Assembly: GCA_002419365.1 (NCBI GenBank)
Contig: DIGA01000060.1
Coordinates: 3,499-67,498 of the forward strand
DNA length: 64,000 nt
Source of the DNA: Mageeibacillus sp. UBA5734
GTDB taxonomy: Bacteria > Bacillota > Clostridia > Saccharofermentanales > UBA5734
Direction of reading: 5' to 3'
Shown in pieces: positions 53,313 to 63,372 of this stretch (its first letter is position 1; every line of letters starts with the position of its first letter). Below the pieces are notes generated by a model. It did not search any database, had not been told where the DNA came from, and saw nothing but the letters and a program-made list of their open reading frames with translations. The position numbers and the translations under genes were made by a program.

Positions 53313-54661
53313 GACCGCAGCCTTGTGAGCAGACGGGCTGCGGATGCTCCGGCTAAAAGACCGCTGGACCAGGCCCACTGTAAATTAAAGCCGCCGCAGT
53401 CACCATCGATGTCAAGGAGCTCACCGGCGGCAAACAAACCCGGTTTCAGGCGCGACTCCAGGCAATCCGGCAGGAAATCACGGCAGTCCAGACCGCCGGC
53501 AGTCACCTGGGCCTGGGAGAAATCTCTCGTCCCGGTCACAGTCAGTTCGAGCTGCTTGATGGTCCGGGCCAGGCTTTTCACCTGGCGCGGTGAAAGGGTA
53601 CGAACGGGTTGGTCCAGATTGGCATGGAGCGTCTCGCGGACGATGAAGCCACCAATTTTGCGGTGCACCAGCCCAGTCAGCAAGTCTGACAGATGCAAGG
53701 CTGGATTCTGGCTGATCCGGTGGGCGATCCTGGCTTCAATGGCCGCTTCTGTCCATTCCGGCAACAAATCCAGCCAGATCCTGAGCGGCTCGACACTGTT
53801 TTCCTGCAGGCTCACACTGACCGTTCGGGACAATTGCAAGACCGGGATCCCGGAAAGGCCATAGTCGGTAAAAAGGACCTCACCAGATTCACGGCCGATT
53901 TCCTGGTTGCCCAGGACCAGCGTCAAGCCACATTCGACCCGGATTCCCGACATGGAAACCGTTTTCCGGCCTGCTGTGGTCAATTGAACCAGAGCGGGCA
54001 AAGGCTCGACCAGACGGTGGCCCAAGGGCTGGGCCAACCGGTAGCCGCTGCCATCGCTGCCCAGATTGGGCGAGGCCTGGCCGCCCGTGGCCAGGATGAC
54101 ACAAGTGGCATCCAGTATCTGGCCATCGGCAAGGCCGAGGCGCCAGTGTGGAGCTTTTTCCAGCGGCTGGCTACCCAGGAAGACCGGCTCGACTGGTGCG
54201 AGTGAAGTCACTGTCTGCTGCGTCTGGATCGAGATATGCAGGCGCTCGATTTCGTGTGTCAATAGGTCGACGACGGCTGCAGCCTGCTGACAGACAGGGT
54301 AGATCCGGCCATCCTCTTCTTCCCGGCAAACCAGGCCAAGGTCGAGGAAGAAGTCCAGGGTTGCACTGACATCATAGCGGTGCAAGGCACCGCGGCAAAA
54401 ACGGGGATCATCACCGTGATACGCCGCAGGAACAGCCAGAGCATTCGTCAGGTTGCAGCGTCCATTACCGGTGGCCAGGATTTTCCGGCCAATTTTGTCA
54501 TTTTTCTCGAGGATCAGGATGTTCAAGGAACCTGATTGCGGCGGGGCTGCCTGTTCCTGCCAAGTCCTGGCAGCCGATATGGCAGCCAGTAGGCCGGCTG
54601 CTCCGCCCCCGACAACTATCAGGTCGACTCGTCTCGGCCGCCTGGCGGTCGTTTCCGTCAT
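53309..54661 (-). CDS. HI0933/BaiN-family NAD(P)/FAD-dependent oxidoreductase
   Basis: DLIVVGGGAAGLLAAISAAR Rossmann motif, GNGRCNLTN motif, C-terminal FAAGELLDIDGDCGGFNLQWAWSSG. Confidence 0.8.
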   Translation of the reverse strand: MTETTARRPRRVDLIVVGGGAAGLLAAISAARTWQEQAAPPQSGSLNILILEKNDKIGRKILATGNGRCNLTNALAVPAAYHGDDPRFCRGALHRYDVSATLDFFLDLGLVCREEEDGRIYPVCQQAAAVVDLLTHEIERLHISIQTQQTVTSLAPVEPVFLGSQPLEKAPHWRLGLADGQILDATCVILATGGQASPNLGSDGSGYRLAQPLGHRLVEPLPALVQLTTAGRKTVSMSGIRVECGLTLVLGNQEIGRESGEVLFTDYGLSGIPVLQLSRTVSVSLQENSVEPLRIWLDLLPEWTEAAIEARIAHRISQNPALHLSDLLTGLVHRKIGGFIVRETLHANLDQPVRTLSPRQVKSLARTIKQLELTVTGTRDFSQAQVTAGGLDCRDFLPDCLESRLKPGLFAAGELLDIDGDCGGFNLQWAWSSGLLAGASAARLLTRLRS

Positions 54662-55326
54662 AGCGGTTTTTGCTTGGACAACAATTTCAGGCAGCGGGCA
54701 AATTTGCTCAGTTCCTCCGGCTCAACCGGCAATTGTTCCTGCATCTCATGGCCAAGTTCAACCAGGTCGCGGACATCGCCTTCCTTGAGTTCAACTTCGA
54801 TCTCATAGAGGGGATCACTGAAGTCGCCGGCGATCAATTCGCCACGGTCGATGGCCAGCTCCAGGAGTGAATCGCCGTAGCCGATGTCATAGGTGATGCG
54901 CTGGAAGCGGGCTTCACATAAAAGAATCAGGGGGCGTGCCTTGATCAGGCGCAGAGCTTCCTGCAATTGCGCATCGGGATCTCCCATGCTGGTGGCTTCA
55001 CGTTTGAACCAGCTGGTGTCGAGACCATTTTTCAGGTCACCGTCCCAGTCTTCCGGAAACACGGCCGTCCATTCAAAGCGCTGGTGTAGCTCACTGACTG
55101 TGGCTTCGCCTGTCTTGAGGGTCACTTCGGAGCGGTCGGATACCTGGCGCAGGCGCAAGGTCATTTCGCGCTCGGTCAGGTCATGGCGAGCCGTGTCGTA
55201 ATAGAGATTGACCAGGTTTTGTTCGCGGCGCGAGTCGGGCATGGTCAGGCGGGCTATCAGCGGATGTTCGATGATTGCAGATAAATCGGTATTGGCAGCA
55301 AGACGCAATTTGATTTCGGATTCCAA
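54658..55326 (-). CDS. CYTH-domain protein (triphosphate tunnel metalloenzyme family)
   Basis: N-terminal ExExK signature (ESEIKLR), a length of 222 aa and alternating acidic/basic beta-strand pattern. ATGA overlap with the next gene. Confidence 0.8.
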   Translation of the reverse strand: MESEIKLRLAANTDLSAIIEHPLIARLTMPDSRREQNLVNLYYDTARHDLTEREMTLRLRQVSDRSEVTLKTGEATVSELHQRFEWTAVFPEDWDGDLKNGLDTSWFKREATSMGDPDAQLQEALRLIKARPLILLCEARFQRITYDIGYGDSLLELAIDRGELIAGDFSDPLYEIEVELKEGDVRDLVELGHEMQEQLPVEPEELSKFARCLKLLSKQKPL

Positions 55327-55376
55327 GTTGGTTCCTCCCAGAGTCAGGTCAGCCGGATCAGGCTCGATCCAGTGAC

Positions 55377-57257
55377 TTATGCAAGCAGTTGTTCCAGTTC
55401 ATCCAGGGCCTTGGCAAACACAGCCAGGGCATTCTGGACCGGGGCAGCGGTCGACAAGTCGACCCCAGCCTTTTTCAGCAGATCAAGCGGATAGCCGGAG
55501 CCACCAGAACCAAGGAATGCGAGATATCGGCTGACAGCCGCCTCTCCCTCTTGCCGGATGTGCTGGCTCAGGGCCACCGCAGCAGAAAAGCCAGTTGCAT
55601 ATTTGAACACATAGTAGGCATTGTAGAAATGTGGGATCCGGCTCCATTCCCAGTGCATGAAGGGATCAATCACGACCTCCGGGCCGAAGTAAAGGGCCAG
55701 CAGGCCGCGGTACAGCTCCGTCAGGGCATCAGCCGTCAAGGGTTGGCCGGCTTCGGCAGCCTGGTGGGCTTTCAGCTCGAATTCACAGAACATCGTCTGG
55801 CGGAAAACGGTCAGGCGAAATTCCTCGAGGAAATGGTTGAGCAGGGCGATTTTCTCCTGGCGTCCCTCTGGCTTGGAAAGATCACACTGGTCCATCCAGT
55901 GCTGCAGCAGCAAGTTCTCGTTGACAGTCGAGGCGATTTCAGCCAGGAAAATCGGATAATGGGACAGGGCAAATGGCTGGCGGGATGAAAAATACGTGTG
56001 CAGGCTGTGGCCAACCTCGTGGGCCAGCGTGAAGACGTCATTCTGCATGCCGCTGAAATTCAACAGGACATAGGGATGGGTGCGATACGTACCCCAGGAG
56101 TAGGCTCCAGTCGTTTTGCCGGGTGTCTCATGGACATCGATCCAGCGGTCGGACAGGTGGCGTTCCAGCACCGTGGCATATTCATCACCGAGCGGGCGCA
56201 ATCCAGACTTGACCAGCTCACAGGCCTGGCTGTACGTGAAGTGGCGCTGGCTTTCTGCAACCAGCGGTACATAGGTGTCATAGATGTGCAAATCAGAAAG
56301 GCCCATCAGGCGCTGGCGCAAACCGAGGTAGCGGTAGAGGTCCGGCAGGCCGGCATGGACGGCGTCGACCAGGCCGGTCACGGTCTCTGTGGGCAGATTG
56401 TCAGCAAAGAGGGCACCCGCCAAGGTATCGGCATGGTGGCGAGCAGCAGAAAAAGCGATGTCCGTTTTCACCCGGGTGGCGTAGAGGGTTGCCAGGGTGC
56501 GGCCAACTCTGGCGTAGGATTCATGGATCTGGGCAAAAGCCCGGGCCCGGATCTCCCGGTCAGGATGCTCGCGCAGCTGGGCAAAGCGGCCGTGCGTCAG
56601 ACGAGTCATCTGGCCTTGTTCATCCGGGAATTCCCCCAGGTCGATTTCGACATGGTCGAGCATCGAGAACACATCGTTGATGCCTTCACTGGCAGGACCG
56701 AAACGGGAAAGCAGCGCTTCCTCTGCTTCGCTGAGGGTGTGGGGGCGGTTGCGGATGCTGTTGTCAATCAGCATCTGGAAATCAGCCAGTTCAACCGTGT
56801 TCGCTTTCCAGTCCTGGAGCTGGGCTGTATCGATCCGGGCCATTTCCGGCAGGATGAAGGCGGTCTGCTCAGCAAACTGGTAATAAAAGGCCGTGATCCG
56901 GTCCGTCATGGCCTGGTAAATCGACTGGGTATTATCCTCGTCCCGGTGCATCCGGGCATACGCCAACAGCTCGAGGCATTCTTGCTCCAGTACATCAGAA
57001 CCCCGGAGTGCAGCAGCCAGGTTGTCCGGGGACTCAGCCAGCAAGCCCCGCCAGGAAATGAGTTCTGACAAGAGCGATGGCAATCGTGTAAATGCAGCCT
57101 CCCAGGCTGCATCATCCGGGAAGATGTCCTCCAGGCGCCAGCGCTCATTTTCCGGCACATCGGATCGACTGGTGAAAGGGCCTTGGGATAGGATGCCAGC
57201 CAGGTGCTGTGCGCCAGGCTGGTCAGGTTCTCGAGGGGGGTCGGCTGGGGTTTCCAT
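55377..57257 (-). CDS. pepF: Oligoendopeptidase F (M3B metallopeptidase)
   Basis: 626 aa with the HEVGHSLH zinc motif and a downstream E ligand region (FLAEIAS). Confidence 0.9.
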   Translation of the reverse strand: METPADPPREPDQPGAQHLAGILSQGPFTSRSDVPENERWRLEDIFPDDAAWEAAFTRLPSLLSELISWRGLLAESPDNLAAALRGSDVLEQECLELLAYARMHRDEDNTQSIYQAMTDRITAFYYQFAEQTAFILPEMARIDTAQLQDWKANTVELADFQMLIDNSIRNRPHTLSEAEEALLSRFGPASEGINDVFSMLDHVEIDLGEFPDEQGQMTRLTHGRFAQLREHPDREIRARAFAQIHESYARVGRTLATLYATRVKTDIAFSAARHHADTLAGALFADNLPTETVTGLVDAVHAGLPDLYRYLGLRQRLMGLSDLHIYDTYVPLVAESQRHFTYSQACELVKSGLRPLGDEYATVLERHLSDRWIDVHETPGKTTGAYSWGTYRTHPYVLLNFSGMQNDVFTLAHEVGHSLHTYFSSRQPFALSHYPIFLAEIASTVNENLLLQHWMDQCDLSKPEGRQEKIALLNHFLEEFRLTVFRQTMFCEFELKAHQAAEAGQPLTADALTELYRGLLALYFGPEVVIDPFMHWEWSRIPHFYNAYYVFKYATGFSAAVALSQHIRQEGEAAVSRYLAFLGSGGSGYPLDLLKKAGVDLSTAAPVQNALAVFAKALDELEQLLA

Positions 57258-57276
57258 GCTCGCTCCTTGTCAAATT

Positions 57277-58422
57277 CTATTGTATCGTCAACCGGCGCAC
57301 CCCTGTCGAGGTTACGACCGTCAGAGTCTTAGGATCAGAAAAAGCCAGCCGGACAATCTCGGCTGCCAAATTCGCATCGAGGCGCAGAGACTGGGTTTTG
57401 GCATCATAGACGAGTACCCGGGTCGAGCTGCCCAGAGCCAGGAGAGAGCCGGAAACAGCAGGGGCTGTGGCGACTTCGCCGACCTCCGTCCGCAGACCCA
57501 TCTGGCCGGAGCCAGACAGCGGATACAGCCCCAGTTTACCACTGACGCGCTCTCCCGCCAACACAACAAGGCCGGAAGCAGTATCCGATAACGATTCGAT
57601 CCGGGGCAGATCGATGGAAAAACGGGGCTGGCCGGTGGCATAATCGACGCCAGTCACATTCGAATCACTGCTGATGACCAGCTGTCCGCCCTCGTCATAG
57701 TTCAGGACAGGATAGAGCCCCTGGACATCGAGTATCCTCTGGCCCACAGCCTCTCCATCGAGAGCAAAACGCTTGAGCACCGGCCTGGTCGACAGGCCAT
57801 CGGCATTGACCAGGGCCACATCAAAGGACTGCCCATCCGGGGTAAACTGGACCGACAGGACATAGCCGGATTCCGGAAAATGGCATTCATACTGCAACTC
57901 GCCAGTGGTGCTGTCAACAATTGCCACCACACCGGTGCTGTCATGGCGATCCTCGACCAGAGCCAGAAGATTGCCTGGTCCGAACACCGCCCCGACGATC
58001 CTGCCTTCCCGGGTGCCCGTGGTCAAGGGGCCCGTCTCATCGATGATTGCAAAACTGGTTCCTCCCCGGTCAGCAGCCAGCAACCGGCTGCTGCCCACGA
58101 CCGCATAAGGAGACACCATATCGATTTCGCGGGCAAACACCTCACTGCCGTCCAGCGACAGAAAGGCCAGGCGATTGTGGGTCAGTTTGACGATCCCCTG
58201 GCCAAATGGGTACAGACGCTGTGCTTCGGTCGCATCACAGGTAAAACCGAGTTGGGCAGCAGCAGCCAGGTCGACGCTCTCAGTCGCATCAGGCAGGACG
58301 GTCTGCTCCGGAATGCTCAGGGCCAGGGCCACTGCAGCGGCGAGCAAAAGGAATGCCAGCAGGATCAGGATGACCAGGCTGGCTTTGCTGCGGTGGGGCT
58401 GATACGCTCTCGGTGGTGTCAT
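57277..58422 (-). CDS. Membrane-anchored hypothetical protein, beta-rich (possible beta-propeller; DUF5711-like by recollection)
   Basis: One N-terminal TM helix (LVILILLAFLLLAAAVALAL), then ~40-aa periodic beta-strand-like segments. The ATGA overlap with the upstream DUF4340 gene implies co-translation. Confidence 0.65.
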   Translation of the reverse strand: MTPPRAYQPHRSKASLVILILLAFLLLAAAVALALSIPEQTVLPDATESVDLAAAAQLGFTCDATEAQRLYPFGQGIVKLTHNRLAFLSLDGSEVFAREIDMVSPYAVVGSSRLLAADRGGTSFAIIDETGPLTTGTREGRIVGAVFGPGNLLALVEDRHDSTGVVAIVDSTTGELQYECHFPESGYVLSVQFTPDGQSFDVALVNADGLSTRPVLKRFALDGEAVGQRILDVQGLYPVLNYDEGGQLVISSDSNVTGVDYATGQPRFSIDLPRIESLSDTASGLVVLAGERVSGKLGLYPLSGSGQMGLRTEVGEVATAPAVSGSLLALGSSTRVLVYDAKTQSLRLDANLAAEIVRLAFSDPKTLTVVTSTGVRRLTIQ

Positions 58423-59963
58423 GAAATGGCCGGGTACCCTTTGCTGGTGTCGAACACGCCGTCCACGGCATGGTCGATGGCATACTGCAGCTGCGAGACA
58501 GCAACCAGAAGGCCTTCCTGGCCAACTTGTCCGGATGTGAAGGTATCGCGGTGACTGACGAAAAAGCCAGTGTAGCTGCCGTCGATTAAAACGTAATCAG
58601 TATACGCATCCCGGGAGACAAATTCAATGACCAGGGTCCTGGCGTCACTTTGGGTGGCCGGATCCGGTTTGAGTGTGTAGGAGATCTGGCTGGTCACAGG
58701 ACCATCCGGGCTGGCTGCCAGGTCGAAGCCATCGATCCGGATCCCGATCAGGGTCTGGTAGAATTTGCTGAACAAATTGTCTCCGTTCTGGCTGACAATC
58801 TTGGCATCCTGGCCATCAAACGTCAGTTCAACGGCTTCATCTGTGATCTTCTGGCCTTCTTCGATCGACAATCCCAGATCGTGCTGCTCGCCTTCAAGGT
58901 TGAGCGATACCGAAGAGACTTTCCAGATGCTCATCAGGGCCACAAACCGGTCGACATAGTCGGTCAGCGGCAGATCCAATGCAGTCAGCGCATCCGCCTG
59001 CACCGTCATGATCGCTGGCAGGGCGGTGCTGGTCACGTAGTACTGGCCACTGCCCGCGCTGTCGCCGATGCTGATGACCACCTCTTTACCTGCCAAAGTC
59101 GCCAGTTCAAGCTGGTATTTGGGTTGCGCCAGACCATAGCGCTCGAGATTGCTGGCATCCAGGTCGACCATGCGGACAGCCGAGAGATTGAGAATGCTGT
59201 TCAATAGACTGGTCAGGGTATCTGGATTGCCGGGGCGGGCAACCGGCTGCGTCAGATTGAATGCCAGGCCAGAAGCAGCATCTGCCGGGTCACTGGGTTG
59301 GAGAGTCGCCGCGAGGCTGAGCTGGTCATCCCGCCGGAAAAAGGTCATGCTGGACAGGTCTGTCGTTGCCAGGCCGCCAATGGCCTGGCTGAGATCGACC
59401 AGGTCCTTGAGGGACTGGCTGGCCTGGTCCTTGAGCCGGCTGTCCACGGCATAAATGCGGGTATCCTGGCTGATCCGGGCATAGACACCCTTACCCGAAC
59501 TCAAGCTGCTGCCGAATTCGACGGTCTTGCTGCTGCCATTGGAAAAAACAATCGAGATCGTGCTGGCTGGTCGGTTGAGGCCAAACGCGGCGAGGTCGTC
59601 CGGATCGTCTACAATCACCTCAGAGTAGGTCATGGACAGAGCAGCCTCGGCCAAATCGGACAGGCTGGTCTGACTGATTGGCAGCCCCTGGTCCTCGGCC
59701 AGTTTCCAGGTGATGAGTGTCTGGCCAGAAGCATCCTGAGTCCGTTCAGGCAGCAAGGTCAAGTCCGACAGGTTGTTGTGGACGGCAATCCGGGCAACCT
59801 CAGCAGGATCGATTGTGAACAGCACAGACTGGGACTGGGTTGTTGCCGCACTCGTTTCACCACTCGACCCGGATTCTGGAACCAGGGCCAAGGTCACCCA
59901 GAGGGCAATCAGAGCCACCAGCACACCCGAAAGGATCAGTAAACTGCGCACGTTTTTCTTCAT
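58419..59963 (-). CDS. DUF4340-like membrane-anchored protein
   Basis: N-terminal TM anchor and a 514-aa extracytoplasmic body. Positioned immediately after a GldG-like gene, the usual DUF4340 context. The family call is by context and recollection. Confidence 0.65.
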   Translation of the reverse strand: MKKNVRSLLILSGVLVALIALWVTLALVPESGSSGETSAATTQSQSVLFTIDPAEVARIAVHNNLSDLTLLPERTQDASGQTLITWKLAEDQGLPISQTSLSDLAEAALSMTYSEVIVDDPDDLAAFGLNRPASTISIVFSNGSSKTVEFGSSLSSGKGVYARISQDTRIYAVDSRLKDQASQSLKDLVDLSQAIGGLATTDLSSMTFFRRDDQLSLAATLQPSDPADAASGLAFNLTQPVARPGNPDTLTSLLNSILNLSAVRMVDLDASNLERYGLAQPKYQLELATLAGKEVVISIGDSAGSGQYYVTSTALPAIMTVQADALTALDLPLTDYVDRFVALMSIWKVSSVSLNLEGEQHDLGLSIEEGQKITDEAVELTFDGQDAKIVSQNGDNLFSKFYQTLIGIRIDGFDLAASPDGPVTSQISYTLKPDPATQSDARTLVIEFVSRDAYTDYVLIDGSYTGFFVSHRDTFTSGQVGQEGLLVAVSQLQYAIDHAVDGVFDTSKGYPAIS

Positions 59964-59997
59964 TCAAGACACTCCCAATCGTTGCAATAAATAAGCG

Positions 59998-61470
59998 TTA
60001 CAGGTTTTTGCGGCGGCGGTAGACCCACAGGGCCAAGCTGAACAAGATGGCCGGAATCACCAGGATCGCCAGGACCGACACCAGGCCGTTGACGGTGGCA
60101 TTTCCGGTAGCAACTGCGAAGCTCGGCGGCATTTTAGCCTCGATGTACAGGACATCGGCAGCATCAGGGCCGGCCAGCCACTGGATGCTGTAAAAGAACA
60201 GCCCGGCATTATAGATGTTGTTGCCATACTGGTTGATCAGGGCATCCCCAAACACCGAGCTGGATCCGACAACCATGACCCGGGTGCTGTCGGTGACGGT
60301 GCTGCCATCGACATAGCCTTCATGGGTGCTGATGGCTGCCAGGACCTGTGTCCCAGCTTCCGAGCTGGCCAGTGGGTCGCCACCCGCTTCACGCACGCCC
60401 TGGCTGGATGTGGTCACAATGGCCTCTGTCTTGATGTAATCCTTGCCGCTGTTCAGAAGATCGATCGCCCGGTTGTTGTCTGCCAAGGTATAGCCGTCAA
60501 TGGCTTGCGGGGTGATGGTGCTGGCCGGAGCGATGGCCCGGAGCAGATAGGGATCATCGTTCAGGCGGTAGTCCGGGCTTCCTTCCCGGATTTTGTCGCT
60601 GCTCAAGGCCAGGTCGTAATCAGCGAGCACCGAGTTGAGCTGGGGCAGTTCTGCGGTGCCAAAAGAAGCAATCACCATCAGGCTGCCACCTGTGCGCAGA
60701 TAGCGGTCGATCGATTCAGCCTCGGCAACTGTGAGGTCCTTTTGTGGGTCGATCATGACCAGGACAGCGCAGTCACCGGGCACGGAATCACCAGCAAAAA
60801 GGTCCAGCTCAGCGACAGCGAAATTGTTGTTCTTGAGCAATCCTGTTGTCGCGGAATAGTCGGTTGTGTAATCGGCCTCATCATGGCCACGGGTAAAATA
60901 GATCGTCGGTGTGACTGGCGACAGGACAGACTGGATGGCTCCGGTCAGGCTCTGCTCAGCAGTCACACCAGTCAGGACGGTCTGGTAGGTCTGGTAGTCA
61001 AGCTCAGTCTGGAACAGATCCTCGTAACGGACCACTTTACCCTTGCCGGTTGCCTGGCTGTTCAGGACCAGGTCCCCTTGCTTGGCTGCCAGGTAACCGG
61101 ATGGGTCGATTTCCGCAAGGACAGAGGGGGTCCGGTCTGGATCGATGAAACGGACCGTCAGTTGTCCTCCTGACTTGGCTTCGTATTCCTTGAGCAGGGG
61201 CAGGATGCTGGCATAACCGAATGAAGCAGCATCGTCCTCGCGAAACAGCGCGGTCAAAGTCACCGGCTGGTCCATCTCGGCCAAGATAGCCTCGCTGACA
61301 TCACCCAGGGTGTACAACTGGCCGGACGACCAGTCCCATTTGAGTTTTTCTCCCAGCAGCTGGTCGAACAGGATGTTGAAGACCAGCAGGATGGCAAGAA
61401 AGATCACGGTCATCGAAACGGATAAAAGCTGCAGGGTCCGGTTCCTGCGGTCTGTGGCAGGTATTTTCAT
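59998..61470 (-). CDS. GldG-like auxiliary component of an ABC-2 type transport system
   Basis: N- and C-terminal TM helices flank a soluble domain of about 430 aa. AGAGGTGA RBS before the ATG at 61470. Follows the ABC-2 permease. Confidence 0.7.
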   Translation of the reverse strand: MKIPATDRRNRTLQLLSVSMTVIFLAILLVFNILFDQLLGEKLKWDWSSGQLYTLGDVSEAILAEMDQPVTLTALFREDDAASFGYASILPLLKEYEAKSGGQLTVRFIDPDRTPSVLAEIDPSGYLAAKQGDLVLNSQATGKGKVVRYEDLFQTELDYQTYQTVLTGVTAEQSLTGAIQSVLSPVTPTIYFTRGHDEADYTTDYSATTGLLKNNNFAVAELDLFAGDSVPGDCAVLVMIDPQKDLTVAEAESIDRYLRTGGSLMVIASFGTAELPQLNSVLADYDLALSSDKIREGSPDYRLNDDPYLLRAIAPASTITPQAIDGYTLADNNRAIDLLNSGKDYIKTEAIVTTSSQGVREAGGDPLASSEAGTQVLAAISTHEGYVDGSTVTDSTRVMVVGSSSVFGDALINQYGNNIYNAGLFFYSIQWLAGPDAADVLYIEAKMPPSFAVATGNATVNGLVSVLAILVIPAILFSLALWVYRRRKNL

Positions 61471-61474
61471 GGTG

Positions 61475-62269
61475 TCACCTCTGGCTCCAGCGCCGTTTTT
61501 CAATCAGGCGGTTGGTCAAGAACAAGAATGCGGCCGCAACACTGAGCAAAAACACCAGTGGCGACAGGGCGAAGATCCCATTGGTCAGGTCCGTGATCCG
61601 GGACATCGGGCTGAGCCACTGCAAGGCTTTGGTCACAGCTTGACCGGCCTGGTCGATACGGGTATCCGGCAGTCCGAAGACATTCAACTGTGCGAGGACG
61701 GTTGTCACCATCTGGCCAGCCATCGAGGCGATGGCATCGAGCAGGGTCATGGCGATGATGACGACAAACGTGATGACAGCCGCAATGATCTGGTTTTCCG
61801 TGGTGGCTGAGGCAAACAGCCCGATGGCCAGGAAAGCAGCCGACAGGAACAGGAAGCCCAGGTAGGCCCCGAGGACGTTGAAATCAATCAGGCCGCCATA
61901 GGCCAGGGTGACAGCCAGATGGAGCAAGGTGCCAGCCAGCAGGGTCCCCAGCATGGCCAGGGCAGCCAGGTATTTGCCCAGGACGATCTCCACCGTGCTG
62001 GCAGGTGACGTCAAAAGCAACACTTCGGTGCCATTCTTGCGGTCTTCGGCGAACGTGCGCATGGTCAGAAGCGGCACGACGATGAACAGGAACGATTGCA
62101 TGAAGGCAATTTCACCGACCATGTCCTGGTAAGACTGCAGGACGCCGGCAGAAAAATACAGGCCGCTGAGCAGCATGAAAATGGCGAGGACGACAAAACC
62201 GATCGGAGACCGGAAATACGACAGATAGTCTCGTTTGAAAATGGCCAGGATTCTTGTCATGGTGCTCAC
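61475..62269 (-). CDS. ABC-2 family permease (GldF-like)
   Basis: 264 aa with six TM helices and the N-terminal IFKRDYLSYFRSPIGF typical of ABC-2 permeases. 4-nt overlap with the ATPase gene. Confidence 0.8.
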   Translation of the reverse strand: MSTMTRILAIFKRDYLSYFRSPIGFVVLAIFMLLSGLYFSAGVLQSYQDMVGEIAFMQSFLFIVVPLLTMRTFAEDRKNGTEVLLLTSPASTVEIVLGKYLAALAMLGTLLAGTLLHLAVTLAYGGLIDFNVLGAYLGFLFLSAAFLAIGLFASATTENQIIAAVITFVVIIAMTLLDAIASMAGQMVTTVLAQLNVFGLPDTRIDQAGQAVTKALQWLSPMSRITDLTNGIFALSPLVFLLSVAAAFLFLTNRLIEKRRWSQR

Positions 62270-63219
62270 CCCTTCTTCGCTTCCGGACTGGCTGCGGTCA
62301 CCTGCAGGAAGATCTCCTCCAGAGTCGGATCGAGCGATTTGAATTCAATGATCGGCCAGCCCTGGCGGGCCATTTCGAAAAAGATCGGTTTTCTAGCTTC
62401 AGTCCCGGGTTCAAGTTCAATCTCGAATACCGTGAGATTTCCTTCCTTCTCTGCCAGGACCGAAACCGCACGCACGCCAGAGAGCTGGCGCAGTTTTTCG
62501 ATGATTTCGCGAGCGGGGCCTTCGGCGGTCATGGAGAGTTTGCTGGTCCGGGCCATCTGGCGCGACAGTCCCTCGGGTGTGTCGATCGCTGCGATGGTGC
62601 CCTGGTTGATGATGACAACCCGGTCGCAGACGGCCTTGACCTCGGTCAGGATATGCGAGCTCAGGATGACCGTGTGCTTCTTGCCCAGGTCCCTGATCAG
62701 GTTTCTGATCTCGATGATCTGCTTGGGGTCGAGGCCGACGGTCGGTTCGTCCAGCACCAGGACCTCAGGGTTTCCGACCAGTGCCTGGGCGATACCCACG
62801 CGCTGGCGATAGCCCTTGGAAAGATTCTTGACCAGGCGCCCGGCGACATCGGTCACCCGGGCCAGCTTCATGATCTCGGCCAGTTGCCGGGTCTGTTCCT
62901 GTTTCCTGACCCCTTTCAGGTCACAGACAAAACGCAGGTATTCCTGGACCGTCATGTCCAGGTAGAGGGGCGGATTCTCCGGCAGGTAGCCAATGCGGCG
63001 CTTGGCCTCCTGCGGATTGTCCAGGATATCAAAGCCTGCTATTTTGACCGTACCGGACGAAGCCGACAGATAGCCGGTCAAAATATTCATTGTGGTCGAT
63101 TTACCGGCACCGTTCGGACCCAGGAAGCCCAGAACTTCGCCTTTTTCGACGGTGAAGCTGATGTCGTTGACTGCTTTTACCCCACCGTAATGCTTGACCA
63201 GATTTTGAATCTCGATCAT
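62266..63219 (-). CDS. ABC transporter ATP-binding protein (GldA/CcmA-like)
   Basis: Walker A GPNGAGKST, signature LSKGYRQR, Walker B LVLDEPTVGLD. GGAGGA RBS before the ATG at 63219. Confidence 0.9.
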   Translation of the reverse strand: MIEIQNLVKHYGGVKAVNDISFTVEKGEVLGFLGPNGAGKSTTMNILTGYLSASSGTVKIAGFDILDNPQEAKRRIGYLPENPPLYLDMTVQEYLRFVCDLKGVRKQEQTRQLAEIMKLARVTDVAGRLVKNLSKGYRQRVGIAQALVGNPEVLVLDEPTVGLDPKQIIEIRNLIRDLGKKHTVILSSHILTEVKAVCDRVVIINQGTIAAIDTPEGLSRQMARTSKLSMTAEGPAREIIEKLRQLSGVRAVSVLAEKEGNLTVFEIELEPGTEARKPIFFEMARQGWPIIEFKSLDPTLEEIFLQVTAASPEAKKG

Positions 63220-63315
63220 GGGAATTCCTCCGGAACAAGAATCAGCTGCTCCAGCTTCTGACCTGCCAGATGACCAAAGCAAGATCTGGCAGGCTGGAAG
63301 GAAACAGCCGATACG

Positions 63316-63324
63316 ATTATAGCA
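63316..63324 (-). promoter_or_regulatory. Extended -10 element (TGcTATAAT, minus strand) upstream of the GldA-like ABC operon
   Basis: Reverse complement of ATTATAGCA. It is followed in the 5' UTR by a 10-bp hairpin (63262-63293). Confidence 0.45.
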
Positions 63325-63372
63325 GATTGGATGTGGCAGTGATGGCCTGCTTCTGTGAACGTTAGCTGAACA

